NCBI GenBank assembly: GCA_965207375.1
Contig: OZ242274.1
Coordinates: 1,056,001 to 1,120,000, forward strand
Length of the DNA stretch: 64,000 bases
Origin: Nitrosopumilaceae archaeon
GTDB taxonomy: Archaea > Thermoproteota > Nitrososphaeria > Nitrososphaerales > Nitrosopumilaceae
Reading direction: 5' to 3'
Part shown: one piece after another, positions 9,901-19,378 of the stretch
How the letters are laid out: the number at the start of each line of letters is the position of its first letter
Position numbering within the stretch: position 1 is the first letter of the stretch
The notes under the pieces: generated by a model
Seen by the model: only the letters and a program-made list of their open reading frames with translations
Database searches by the model: none
What the model was told of the DNA's origin: nothing
Made by a program: the position numbers and the translations under genes

Positions 9901-12652
9901 ATCTACAACAGTAACTGGTATAACAAACGGTGTACCATACCAGTTTAGAGTAAGTGCAACAAACGGTATAGGAACAGGCCTTGCATCTACTCCTCTTGAT
10001 TTTACCATACCTAGTACAATTGATACTGTAGCACCATCTGTGGTATTATCTACTGTATCATCTAGTCCTACATCTCTTTCATCTATACCATTTAGTATAA
10101 CATTTAGTGAGAATGTCACCGGATTTGAAGCATCAGATATTACAGTATCTTCTGGAACTGTAACGAAATTGGTTGGCTCTTTTACTGGCTTTTTTGGTGA
10201 ACTAGGCAGTAGAGACGGACAGTTTAACACCCCAAAGTCAATAGCAGTCAATAGTACCGGTCACATATTCGTACTAGAAAACCACAACAGCCGCATTCAG
10301 ATACTAGAGATAATTGACGGTGAGATACGTCATGCAGCCAATTTTGACATTACTCAATTTAATGATCCTCAAAGAATGGCAATGAACTCTACAGGCCACA
10401 TCTTTGTAACAGATGAAGGCAGTGATGGTGTCCATGTGATTGAACCATCTGGCAAGTATCTGACTACACTTGGCAGTACTAGAGGCTCTGGCGACGATCA
10501 GTTTGATAACCCAGTTGGAATTACAATAAACGGTACTGACCATATCTTTGTAGTAGATACTTTTAACGAACGTGTCAAGATACTTGATTCTTCTGGAAAA
10601 TACTTGGATCAGATTGATGATAATAGTACTGGGGACGGCAGGTTAGGTAGTGCAAGTGACATTGCAATAAACTCTACAGGTCACATCTTTGTAACAGACC
10701 CTGGGTTTGAAAGAGTTCAGATCTTCAATGCTCTAGGTCACTATGTCGGCACGTTTGGCAGTCAAGGCTCAGGTGATGGTCAATTCAATGATCCACTGGG
10801 AATAACAATAAACAGTGAAGACCAGATTTATGTGGTAGATCAGAGAAACAGCCGCGTTCAGATATTTGATAGTGCGGGAAACTATCAAAGTGAGTTTAAC
10901 GGTCCAGGTTCAGGTGATGATACGTTGAGATGGCCCACAGATATTGTGCTAGATTCTATGGGTGGCATTTATGTAACCAGTCTTACCAGTTATCAAATCT
11001 ATGTAGAACGTGACACGCACTCTTTTGAAGTACAAAATCCTGTCAATGGTAGACTTGCCGTCAGCATACCTGCAGGCTCGGTACATGATGCAGCAGGTAA
11101 CGGCAACACTGCATCAAATACGGTATCCCTGACGGTAACCGGTTCTTCTACTGTATTGCCAACTGTAACTGCACCTGGTGCACCAACTGGTCTGACTGCA
11201 ACTGTCACAAGTAACACCGCAGTCACATTATCCTGGACTGCACCAACAAATATTGGCGGCTCTGCAATTGCTAGTTATACTATACAACAAAGTATTGATG
11301 CCGGTACCACTTGGACTGCTTCTACTCCTTCAACATCTACTGGAACAACAGTTACAGTAACAGGACTCACAAACGACACACCATACAGCTTTAGAGTAAA
11401 TGCAACAAACACACAAGGAACAGGAGCAGCATCTGACGTTGTTATCGCAACACCTACTGCATCTGCACAACAGTCAACTGCACCTGGTGCACCAACCAAT
11501 CTTTTGACTACTGTAGGTGATGGTACAGTCTCATTATCTTGGACTGCTCCAACAAATACTGGAAACTCTGCCATCATCAGGTACAATATAGAACAAAGCA
11601 CAGATGGCACCACTTGGACTGCTTCGACTCCTGCTACAGCAACAGGATTGACACAGACTGTGACAGGTCTTACAAACGGTCAAGAATATCAATTTAGAGT
11701 CAGTGCCACAAATGACCAATTGACAGGTGGTTGGTCTGCAACTGTATCTGCCACACCAGCGACTGTACCAGATGCACCAATGTATCCTTCATTCTGGCTA
11801 ACAGATGATGCAACTGAAGTAAGAATATTCTGGGATGTACCTGCAAGTGACGGCGGCTCTGCAATTACAAACTATAAACCACAATACAAAATCGTATCCT
11901 CTCCTACTTGGATAGATGGTCCAACTGGACTAGCAATACCTGCAACTGTATCAGGTCTTACACCGAATCAGCATTATGAGTTTAGAGTATTTGCAGAAAA
12001 TGACATAGGAAGAAGTGACGCGTCTCAGATCACATCTATAATTCTAGTACCAAGACAGGCTACATCAGCACCTGGTGCACCAACAAACCTTTCAGCAGTA
12101 GCAGGTAATGGTATTGTTACATTATCATGGACTGCTCCAAGCACTGGTGGTTCAGCAACAGGCTACAAGGTACAGCAAAGTACTGATGGTTCCACTTGGA
12201 CTGCTTCTGCCTTTACTGTATCTGGAAATACTGCAACAGTAACGGGTCTAACAAATGATGTACAGTACAGTTTCCGAGTACTTGCAACAAACTCTGCTGG
12301 AGACAGTGTAGTATCTAATGTTGATACTGCAACACCTAGAACACAGCAAACCACAACTGTACCTGGAGCACCAACGTATCCTTCCTTCTGGCTAACAGAT
12401 GACGCAACTGAAGTCAGACTATACTGGGACGCACCAGCAGACAATGGTGGCTCTGCAATTACTGGATACAAGACACAATACAAAATCGTATCCTCTCCTA
12501 CTTGGATTGATGGTGAGACAGTAACATCAGTACCTGCAACTATATCAAACCTTACACCAGGACAGCATTATGAGTTTAGAGTATTTGCAGTAAACGTTGA
12601 AGGAGACAGTAAAGCATCTCCTGTTACATCTGGTACACTTACACCAAGATAA
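6989..12652 (+). CDS. Giant secreted/surface protein: signal peptide, three NHL beta-propeller regions, Ig-like domains and 7 fibronectin type III repeats
   Basis: Repeated GxGDGQFxxPxxIAVNSTGHIYVxDxxNxRIQIFD; FxExVTGFEASDI; LSWTAP...GLTNGxxYQFRVxAxN. Confidence 0.9.
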   Translation: MNKTHVVLLSIIVAVVTMAVSSQEANAQTVHLSTSATNGTNLDSIPFNVVFNDPAHQLQHSHIAVERGTARQDSTASTPISKMSFYIGAFNERGIGILGSGDGQFYYPRAIAVNSTGHIYVADSNNNRIQIFDLAGNYVSQFGIGAPHGMVMNDTHIHITDTANHRIQIFDNSGNYISQFGSGPGNGNGTFNSPQAIAMNSTRILVVDAENYRIQVFDHSGNYVSQFGQLGTGDHQFLRPSAIALNSTHNIFVADFLSDKIKIFNQTGHYMDSFGTGIDGPSAVFEYNDFIYVASQNNGKIIKFDQNSTGTYVDVGLGDDMRLQGILDNRKNHVAPSAIFIDESTDIVYAADGQRHQVFVDRKVWSFNVNQGTGEIKVWINTNNPTGADSNRIYLTIDKTGPIPTISSSIQEATSTKPIPFNVEFNEPMTGFEASDIVASSGTVQNFRSPIEYYDTGRTHPTDFIKGQIAVNATGYIYTTNPSWGVVEVYDPYGNHVLDFNHPIVTGLKTGFNDPQGIAINGTGYIYVTDTAHSSVHIFDPSNKHVSYFGTHGTTGSSSLGDFSRPIAIDINATGHVFVADAWNHRVQIFDPSGKYLDHIGGDGPGSGGKGTGDGQFDRTADVAVNSTGYIYVLDDRNDRVQIFDPSGNYVGKFDSAGDSSFDILRSIAIDSDDNVYVTDIGNLVSPETRNIIPDPTCEPGIPPGGTLADHIICTVRTAYENAGIHKFGPSGNYLGDLDIVGQDKIAVPSGIYFDDTDDIYVTDGGNNQIYIERDGFTFEVVNAPNGHLEITIPANSVHDAAGNGNTASTHTVNVAITPEPPTSLIAEPRNESVQLSWTAPANTYGTPITDYIIERNNGNSWITVSDGVSTDTVTTVTGLTNGVTYQFRVHAVNSIGTSLLSNVASATPNAAPTSPGIPTDLAATAGNTQVVLSWTAPDPNRSPLTDYTIQYKLTTANSWTTFNDGTVNQTSTTVTGITNGVPYQFRVSATNGIGTGLASTPLDFTIPSTIDTVAPSVVLSTVSSSPTSLSSIPFSITFSENVTGFEASDITVSSGTVTKLVGSFTGFFGELGSRDGQFNTPKSIAVNSTGHIFVLENHNSRIQILEIIDGEIRHAANFDITQFNDPQRMAMNSTGHIFVTDEGSDGVHVIEPSGKYLTTLGSTRGSGDDQFDNPVGITINGTDHIFVVDTFNERVKILDSSGKYLDQIDDNSTGDGRLGSASDIAINSTGHIFVTDPGFERVQIFNALGHYVGTFGSQGSGDGQFNDPLGITINSEDQIYVVDQRNSRVQIFDSAGNYQSEFNGPGSGDDTLRWPTDIVLDSMGGIYVTSLTSYQIYVERDTHSFEVQNPVNGRLAVSIPAGSVHDAAGNGNTASNTVSLTVTGSSTVLPTVTAPGAPTGLTATVTSNTAVTLSWTAPTNIGGSAIASYTIQQSIDAGTTWTASTPSTSTGTTVTVTGLTNDTPYSFRVNATNTQGTGAASDVVIATPTASAQQSTAPGAPTNLLTTVGDGTVSLSWTAPTNTGNSAIIRYNIEQSTDGTTWTASTPATATGLTQTVTGLTNGQEYQFRVSATNDQLTGGWSATVSATPATVPDAPMYPSFWLTDDATEVRIFWDVPASDGGSAITNYKPQYKIVSSPTWIDGPTGLAIPATVSGLTPNQHYEFRVFAENDIGRSDASQITSIILVPRQATSAPGAPTNLSAVAGNGIVTLSWTAPSTGGSATGYKVQQSTDGSTWTASAFTVSGNTATVTGLTNDVQYSFRVLATNSAGDSVVSNVDTATPRTQQTTTVPGAPTYPSFWLTDDATEVRLYWDAPADNGGSAITGYKTQYKIVSSPTWIDGETVTSVPATISNLTPGQHYEFRVFAVNVEGDSKASPVTSGTLTPR

Positions 12653-12772
12653 AATTTAATCGTGCATTGTATGCTTGATTGTAAGAATTCAATTATCCTA
12701 AAAAATTTGATCGTAAATAGTCAAAATTTAAGCACGACGTTAGCACTTGCAATTTCTCATATGCGAGTTAAT

Positions 12773-13168
12773 TCAGAATTCCTCTGTTACCTGATTTACG
12801 ATGTTTGTTGATGTGATAATGCCTATTATTTTGCCATTATCTGTGGCAGCAAGCTTTCTAATCTTTTTTGCCTTCATGATGTTTGCAGCCTTTATGATAT
12901 TTTCATTAGAGTCTATTGTGATAAGTGGCGATGAGGCTATTTTTTCTACAGGAGTCTCTAATGATTCGCAGTTGACTGCCACCTTTATTGCATAATCTCT
13001 GTCTGTAATTATACTTACAGGAGTTTCATTTTGTTTAACAAACACTGCGCCTATTCTTCCCTGCTCCATCATCTTTGCTATCTGTAGCAGTGTGGTGTCT
13101 GCTGGTACAGTTACTAGTCTTGTAGACATGACATCTCTTACCAAGATTTCATTTAGCGGCTTGCCCAT
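12773..13168 (-). CDS. CBS-domain pair protein
   Basis: VRDVMS, IITDRD, GIITSTN. Confidence 0.9.
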   Translation of the reverse strand: MGKPLNEILVRDVMSTRLVTVPADTTLLQIAKMMEQGRIGAVFVKQNETPVSIITDRDYAIKVAVNCESLETPVEKIASSPLITIDSNENIIKAANIMKAKKIRKLAATDNGKIIGIITSTNIVNQVTEEF

Positions 13169-13202
13169 GATTTATCAAACCGGTTCTTGGTAAAAAAGGG
13201 TT

Positions 13203-13568
13203 TTATTGGTTCCAGATGGGTTGCTCTTTTAGCCATTTGATTAGGCTGTAATACAGATGACTCTTTTGTACATTTATCACCCCTATCTCTAAATTTGTAG
13301 ATGATTTTACAGTTCTTGAAAAATCTACCTGTTTTGCAAAGATGACCTTGTCTATGTACGTTTCACCTAAAATCTCCTTTTTTGCAAGCTCCTCTGAATC
13401 TGTCATTGCAAAGCTTGCAAAAAGCACACCATCTGCCCAGTATGCAATACCTGATTCCAGAGTTGACATCATGCTTATCAGATCATCAAGTGTAAGCTTT
13501 ATCGTATCTCTGACATGCACCCTTGTGTATGGCTCGTAAATAAAATCAGTCAACTGTACAATTTTCAA
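13203..13568 (-). CDS. conserved hypothetical protein
   Basis: 121-aa ORF with normal composition, co-oriented with the CBS gene. Confidence 0.75.
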   Translation of the reverse strand: MKIVQLTDFIYEPYTRVHVRDTIKLTLDDLISMMSTLESGIAYWADGVLFASFAMTDSEELAKKEILGETYIDKVIFAKQVDFSRTVKSSTNLEIGVINVQKSHLYYSLIKWLKEQPIWNQ

Positions 13569-13646
13569 CCAGTCTTTATTTAATGCAATCTTTTGCGATC
13601 ACGATAAGCAGAAATCTATTTAACCAAAAGTTACGACAATTATACC

Positions 13647-14492
13647 ATGGTAAAGGATCACCAGGCAACAATCACACATATTAGATTGCTTAGGGAGGAT
13701 ATGATGATTATTCGAATTGTTCCTGATGAGGGAGTACCGCAATATATAACGGGTCAGTTTATGACTCTTGCCCTGCCAGTAGTTGCAGAAGGATACAAAA
13801 TTGTAAGACGGGCATATTCAATTGCATCTCATCCAGAAAACAGAAACTATTTTGAGTTTGTAATCCGGTGGGTGCGAAAACCGCTTCCCGGACGCGTCAC
13901 TACAATGCTGTTTTATGCAAGCGAGGGCGACAAGATAGGCTTTGGAATGCCTACCGGCAATGCACTAACAATTGATGACACCCTGCCAACCGGCAAACCT
14001 GATAGACGCCGTATTGTATGTGTAGGCGGCGGTACCGGAATTGCACCCTTTGTTGCATTTGCAAAACATCTTAGGGCAGTCGGAGACACTAGAGAAATCA
14101 TCGTATTTCATGGTGCAAGCTATGTTGATGAGCTAAGCTATAAAGAGGAATTTACCGATCTAGAGAATCTTAGCAAAAAGGAGGGCAAAGACAGATGGAA
14201 CTTTACATATCGTGCTGCCATTAGTAGACCAAAGGAGTGGTTTAATCGTACATGGACAGGCCATACCGGGCGGGTTGAATCATTTTTCAAGCCAAAAGGA
14301 AAGGGCAAACCATCTCCATTAGAGGAGCTAGTAGGCGAGGAGGTCACCCCAGAAAACACAATGATTTACATCTGTGGATACCAGGGTACAATTGACGGGG
14401 TAATTGACTTTGTCAAGGACAAGGGATTCGTTACGCTACATGACAAAAAGCCTGATGGCAGCTATGCAGTAAAATACGAGTCATACGGCTAG
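13647..14492 (+). CDS. ferredoxin-NADP+ reductase-like FAD/NAD(P)-binding oxidoreductase
   Basis: RRAYSIAS, GGGTGIAPF, YICG motifs. Confidence 0.9.
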   Translation: MVKDHQATITHIRLLREDMMIIRIVPDEGVPQYITGQFMTLALPVVAEGYKIVRRAYSIASHPENRNYFEFVIRWVRKPLPGRVTTMLFYASEGDKIGFGMPTGNALTIDDTLPTGKPDRRRIVCVGGGTGIAPFVAFAKHLRAVGDTREIIVFHGASYVDELSYKEEFTDLENLSKKEGKDRWNFTYRAAISRPKEWFNRTWTGHTGRVESFFKPKGKGKPSPLEELVGEEVTPENTMIYICGYQGTIDGVIDFVKDKGFVTLHDKKPDGSYAVKYESYG

Positions 14493-14506
14493 ATAATTTA
14501 CAAAAA

Positions 14507-14671
14507 TCAACCCTGTTTTCTTAGGATAAACTGCATTAGTACCTCCTTGGAATACTCTATACCGTGTTCCTCATCTGTATGTCTTCCAAATTCTGCAATG
14601 ACGGTCTCAGTTTCACCCTCAGATACAAACTCACATTCAAATCCATAGTCTGCACAGCGCAACTTGGGCAT
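14507..14671 (-). CDS. small metal-binding protein (DUF1059-like), 54 aa
   Basis: MPKLRCADYGFECEFVSEGE...HTDEEHG; C-x6-C...H-x4-H; not in ORF track. Confidence 0.8.
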   Translation of the reverse strand: MPKLRCADYGFECEFVSEGETETVIAEFGRHTDEEHGIEYSKEVLMQFILRKQG

Positions 14672-14740
14672 GATTTTACGTTTAACTGTCCCAATATAAA
14701 CATCGGGTTAAATTTTTGATAGATCCAGCAAAATCACAAA

Positions 14741-15994
14741 TTAAGATTCTTTTTCAGATTTTTCTGGCACAGTTACAATATTTTCTACAACTGATTTTGT
14801 CAGCTGCTCTATAACCTTGATCTTTTCTTTGTCAATGTCTCCTAGCTGCTCTAGTGCCTTTTTTAATTCCTGCTGGCGCAGCTCGTCTACTTTGGCAAAT
14901 ACGTCTTTTGCCTTTGATACTGTATGTATCCTATTCATGGTGGCCTCTACTATGGGAACCTCCTTTACAATTGCCTTTTGTACTGCGGGGATTTTTGATT
15001 CAGATTCTCGCTGTATCTCGATGTACTGTTCCTCTATCTGGTCTCGGAACATTAGCTTTACTCCAGGACTCAATGAGACATCTTCTGCTACTGCTCTAGG
15101 ATCTGAAATGTCTATTATCATGGTTCCTGTTTTCTTTGCATCCATCTGCCTTTTTATCTGACTGTGTTGTAGTATGAAATAGTCTGCCGTAGTTGCCACA
15201 AAGACAATGTCAAATTTATCAAAACACGCAATTGCCTCCCCAAAGTCAACAGGTTCACCCTTTAGGATTTTTGAAAATCCATGCGCCCTTTGGATCTGCA
15301 TGCTTGCTATGTCAAATCCTATCTTCTTTCGATTCAATGCCTTTGCAACCCTTGCTGCAGTCTCGCCGGTACCTAATAGCAGAACCTTCTTTTTTGCATC
15401 AATTCCTGCGTTCTCATCTGCAATCTTTACTGCAATGTCTCCAATCGACCTTACATAATCACCCATTCCAGTCTCGTCTCTTATTTTGGATGATATTCTA
15501 ATTATTGTATCAAACAGCTTGTTTAACACGCTGCCAGAGTGACCTGCAGCCTTTGCGTTTGCAATTGATTCTTTGATCTGGTCTAGAATCTCTCTTTTTC
15601 CTACAACTACTGATTGCAGACCTGTTGCTAGTTTGAGCAAATTCTCATAAATTTGTCTGTCTGTGTATACCTCCATGTTCTGATCAAAGTGGTCCACCTC
15701 CCACTCTGAAAGCTCTGTATTTTCTGCCCATACTTTTTTTACTTCGTTAATTGTCAGTGCTGCGCCTTCTGGTCTTCTTGCATCTGGTACATCACCTACA
15801 TCTAAATTGGCAACTAGAAACACCTCTACTCTACTTGCAGTTTGTACAACTACGCACTCTGTCACATCGGATATTTTTTTAAATTCCCTACAAATTATAT
15901 TGATATCTTTGAACTGGTACTTTTCTAACTTGTGCATTGGAACGTTTCTAAATGTAAAACGTGCATTCATTATCTTGAAATTATTTCCAGTCAT
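14741..15994 (-). CDS. glutamyl-tRNA reductase-like protein (HemA paralog lacking the catalytic Cys)
   Basis: HemA layout (QTASRVE, ATGLQSVVVG..EILDQIK, GTGE, IDISDPRAV), but TCNR is replaced by TASR. Confidence 0.8.
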   Translation of the reverse strand: MTGNNFKIMNARFTFRNVPMHKLEKYQFKDINIICREFKKISDVTECVVVQTASRVEVFLVANLDVGDVPDARRPEGAALTINEVKKVWAENTELSEWEVDHFDQNMEVYTDRQIYENLLKLATGLQSVVVGKREILDQIKESIANAKAAGHSGSVLNKLFDTIIRISSKIRDETGMGDYVRSIGDIAVKIADENAGIDAKKKVLLLGTGETAARVAKALNRKKIGFDIASMQIQRAHGFSKILKGEPVDFGEAIACFDKFDIVFVATTADYFILQHSQIKRQMDAKKTGTMIIDISDPRAVAEDVSLSPGVKLMFRDQIEEQYIEIQRESESKIPAVQKAIVKEVPIVEATMNRIHTVSKAKDVFAKVDELRQQELKKALEQLGDIDKEKIKVIEQLTKSVVENIVTVPEKSEKES

Positions 15995-16003
15995 CTATGT
16001 CCC

Positions 16004-16702
16004 CTATCTTATCTTGTCTCTTCCGCCCTTTGCAGTCCTAAAAACATTCATTCCAACATAATAATTCTCATATAATGAATCCATTTTGTCAAGATCTTCT
16101 TGTGCCTTTTTGATTTCCTTTTCAGTAGATTCTGGATCCGCCCTTAATCTGTCAAGGGCCTCTTCTAACTCGTCTCTGTATGTATTTATTCCTATTTCGT
16201 AATTTGAAATTCCTCCGTATTCGGGACTGAGCATGTGTTGCGGTTTGTAATCTGGAATCTGATCCGTTGGAATCTCTACCCTTTTAGTAATTTCATCTTC
16301 CTCCTCCTTTGTCAAAATAGGTCTAGGCGGAATCAATCCTTCCTTTGTCAGCCAAAATTCAGGCTCCTCCATCTCTCGTCTAAAAATCTGTTCTCCTGCA
16401 CGCTTGTTGGTAAATTTACTGTCTGCTGTAGCAGCTGAGGCCTCTTTTGCTGCTGCCTCGTATTCTTCTTGGGCCTTTGCATCTGCTGCCGCCTTTGCCT
16501 CTGCGGCCTTTTGTGCAGCTTTTTTAGCTTGTGCCTCGGCTAGTGCTGCAACCTCTGCTGCGGTCCACTTTTGCTCAGCCGATTTTGCCTCGGGTTCTGT
16601 ACCCTCTATACTGTCAACCTTTTTGGCATCAGACACTGAAATTATCTCAAATGAGTTAAATTTTAAGGTTTTATGTTTGATTTTCTTGGCAAAGTCTTGC
16701 AA
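16004..16702 (-). CDS. hypothetical protein with Ala/Lys/Glu-rich helical segment
   Basis: 232-aa ORF ending 9 bp before the hemA-like start. Confidence 0.75.
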   Translation of the reverse strand: MQDFAKKIKHKTLKFNSFEIISVSDAKKVDSIEGTEPEAKSAEQKWTAAEVAALAEAQAKKAAQKAAEAKAAADAKAQEEYEAAAKEASAATADSKFTNKRAGEQIFRREMEEPEFWLTKEGLIPPRPILTKEEEDEITKRVEIPTDQIPDYKPQHMLSPEYGGISNYEIGINTYRDELEEALDRLRADPESTEKEIKKAQEDLDKMDSLYENYYVGMNVFRTAKGGRDKIR

Positions 16703-16769
16703 ATTTTACCTTTCTCAAATTTCCAAACCTATAGTTAATATTTAACGTAAATTGCGTGTATATAACATC

Positions 16770-16964
16770 ATGGAACAAGGCACCGTAAAATGGTTCAATC
16801 GAACTAAAGGCTTTGGTTTTATCGAAAGAGGAGAAGGACAAGAAGATCTGTTTGTTCACAAATCAAATGTTGATGGATTTCTCAGAGACGGCGATAAAGT
16901 AGAGTTTGAAGTTGGAGATGGACCAAAAGGACCAAGCGCTGTTAACGTCAAGAAAACAGAGTAA
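16770..16964 (+). CDS. cspA: cold-shock domain protein
   Basis: [18 protein letters not shown]...LFVH (RNP1/RNP2). Confidence 0.95.
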   Translation: MEQGTVKWFNRTKGFGFIERGEGQEDLFVHKSNVDGFLRDGDKVEFEVGDGPKGPSAVNVKKTE

Positions 16965-17041
16965 AAACAATATCTAATTTAAGCATCATCAGTATCTTAA
17001 ATTATGACTCTTTTCTTTAATTAAAAATTTTACAAGCAATG

Positions 17042-17530
17042 GTAACTGTTTCGCTTTTTGAAGCTCTCTTAGATGGTCATGCGCAACATCCCCCATCATC
17101 CAATTTGACATTCCTCAGGATATGATATACAGAAATGAAATAATGCTATCTGGGGCTGTAGGAATTTCTTAGAATGTCATAAAATATAGTATCTTGAATC
17201 TTACTGGTTGCTAGTATGGTAAATAGTATGGAATTGGCCTCCATGCCTGCAGCATAACTGTTCCCTCCTCCATCGTGTCGTATTGGTACTATCAATTCGT
17301 CAAGGAATATCTGCGTGGCACTAAAAGAAATTTCCATGCCAAAAGTCACAGTTGCTGCATAAATTATCAAATGTATACCGTGTGATACACAAAATTTGAT
17401 ACTGTGTGATCATTTCTGTAATCTGCATCTGTTCTGTACTGATTCATTGTCGCAAACTGCACACGTATTTTGCATGCAGTTTCATGGATCATTTAAAAAC
17501 CAAAGTAACTTCAGAAAGTCGATCTGTTAC
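17042..17530. mobile_element. Composite of two back-to-back IS66 right-end remnants
   Basis: 17290-17530 is the reverse complement of about 4383-4625; 17042-17290 is the reverse complement of about 34645-34891; both outer ends read GTAAC. Confidence 0.85.
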
Positions 17531-17650
17531 ATTTTTTACACATGCAACTTTTACACTTGTACAAAGAACTATTGTATCAAGTTACTGTATCACGTTTGAA
17601 AAACCTATTTCTTGTAAACAATTAAAAAACGACTAGTAAACTAAAACCTA

Positions 17651-17983
17651 TTGCAAATTTTTCATAAAAATACCTGCATTACATGCAAAAGAGCAATATC
17701 AGAATTAGAAAGAATGAAAAAGGATCTAATTGTGCGCGATTTCTTTAAAGATCCCTTTTCAGAAAGCGAGCTTGAAAATATAATAGCCAAGGCAAAAATC
17801 AATCCACAGCAAATGTTGCGAAAAAGAGACAAGATGTATAGGGAATTGAATTTGGAAAATTCCAAAAAAACTGATTCACAATTAATTAAATTGATGATAA
17901 AACATCCGGGACTGATAAAGCGACCTATAATTGTCTCTGAAGATAAAATTATAGTTGGCAAGGCAGACCTAGAAAATCTTTAG
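17651..17983 (+). CDS. ArsC/Spx family protein
   Basis: TCITCKRA, HPGLIKRPII. Confidence 0.88.
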   Translation: MQIFHKNTCITCKRAISELERMKKDLIVRDFFKDPFSESELENIIAKAKINPQQMLRKRDKMYRELNLENSKKTDSQLIKLMIKHPGLIKRPIIVSEDKIIVGKADLENL

Positions 17984-18222
17984 GAATTTTCTTGGCAGTA
18001 AATTCGAATCGCCTCTAAATGGGAACAGTTTGCTTTGAGCCCTTTTTTATGATGCATCTTGTAAAAGTTTTTGAATCCTAGGCAATCACACGAATCATGT
18101 GTGGTCATGTATGATTTTTGAGGATCACTTGAGGATTTTACCTGATACAAATCCTCATCTATTTTTACCACTCCTCCATTTTGTACTAATTTTTTGGCTT
18201 TGCGTATGGTACTAGCACTCAA
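17980..18222 (-). CDS. SWIM-type zinc-finger small protein
   Basis: CDC-x-GF...CSH; VKSSSD. Confidence 0.75.
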   Translation of the reverse strand: MSASTIRKAKKLVQNGGVVKIDEDLYQVKSSSDPQKSYMTTHDSCDCLGFKNFYKMHHKKGLKANCSHLEAIRIYCQENS

Positions 18223-18322
18223 TGACTGTATTATCCTAAAACCCCTTAATTTTTCTATAGTTTAATGTCAATCACACATCGGGGCCCTACAAATATTATA
18301 ACCGATTGTTGCATTAAAATTT

Positions 18323-19378
18323 GTGGGATACAGGCGCTTTATTTCTACACGACTAGCAACAATGTTTGGGGTCTTACTTGTGACGTTGCTTATCACCACA
18401 CTTTTGGTAGGATCCAACATGGACACTATACTAAAACAGGGAGTTACAATTCAGGTAAGAACAGAAATTACAGAAAATCCTACAATTGCACAAAGCTTTG
18501 CAAATGCCAAAGAATTTGAGGCATATGTCCAAGAACAAATAGATCAAAGAACAAAGGCACTAGGACTAGACGAGCCTTGGTACTCGCCACAAAGGGTGGG
18601 GTTGACAATGTACAAAATTCTGCTTTTAGATTTTGGTCATGCCACATTTTTGACAAGTGATTCAGGCTCCTCTGATGTTAGAGACATTTTATATGAAAAA
18701 CTACCAAGAACTATTTTGTTATTTACCACTGCCACGATAATTATTTCACTGATTGGAATTTTTTTAGGAGCTCTTTCTGGAAGCAAGCCTGGCTCTAGCA
18801 TTGATAAAATTACATCTACGTTTGCAATAATTAGTTCTAGTTTTCCCGTATGGTGGATAGGCTTGTTAATGATATTTTTATTTGCATTTACATACCAAAT
18901 ATTTCCTGCAAGGGCAACGCCTTCAATACCTGCTGATGATCCAAATTATATCGTATCGCTGTTATACCATATGGCTTTACCCCTCATTACAATTGTCATG
19001 ATAGGATTTGGATCATGGGCGTATTTGGTCAGAAACTTTATGGTCGGAATCATGCAGGAGGATTTCATATCTGCAAAAAAAACAATAGGGATTGGTAAAA
19101 AAAAGATAATCTACACACATGCATTAAAAAATGCAGCACCTCCAATTGTTACAATTTTGGCACTCAGTCTGTCAGGCTCTCTTGGAGGTGCTATAATTAC
19201 AGAAGCAGTTTTTGACTGGCCCGGCATGGGTAGACTGTACTTTGAGGCAATCTCTGTGATGGATTTGCCAGTAATTATAGGTGCGACATATGTACTGACG
19301 GTATTTTTCCTAGCCAGTATTTTTATTGCTGACATTCTTTATGGCTATCTAGATCCACGTGTGAGGACCAAAAGTTGA
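18323..19378 (+). CDS. peptide/nickel ABC transporter permease (DppB/OppB)
   Basis: HALKNA, ITEAVFDWPGMG, YGYLDPR. Confidence 0.92.
   Translation: MGYRRFISTRLATMFGVLLVTLLITTLLVGSNMDTILKQGVTIQVRTEITENPTIAQSFANAKEFEAYVQEQIDQRTKALGLDEPWYSPQRVGLTMYKILLLDFGHATFLTSDSGSSDVRDILYEKLPRTILLFTTATIIISLIGIFLGALSGSKPGSSIDKITSTFAIISSSFPVWWIGLLMIFLFAFTYQIFPARATPSIPADDPNYIVSLLYHMALPLITIVMIGFGSWAYLVRNFMVGIMQEDFISAKKTIGIGKKKIIYTHALKNAAPPIVTILALSLSGSLGGAIITEAVFDWPGMGRLYFEAISVMDLPVIIGATYVLTVFFLASIFIADILYGYLDPRVRTKS

Noticed and set aside
9895-12483. Antisense ORFs within the NHL/FN3 gene, and similar ones inside housekeeping genes
   Set aside because: Expected shadow ORFs from codon bias of the sense gene
17146-17636. 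ORFs 17146-17370, 17396-17599 and 17406-17636
   Set aside because: Chance frames across fused IS66 end remnants
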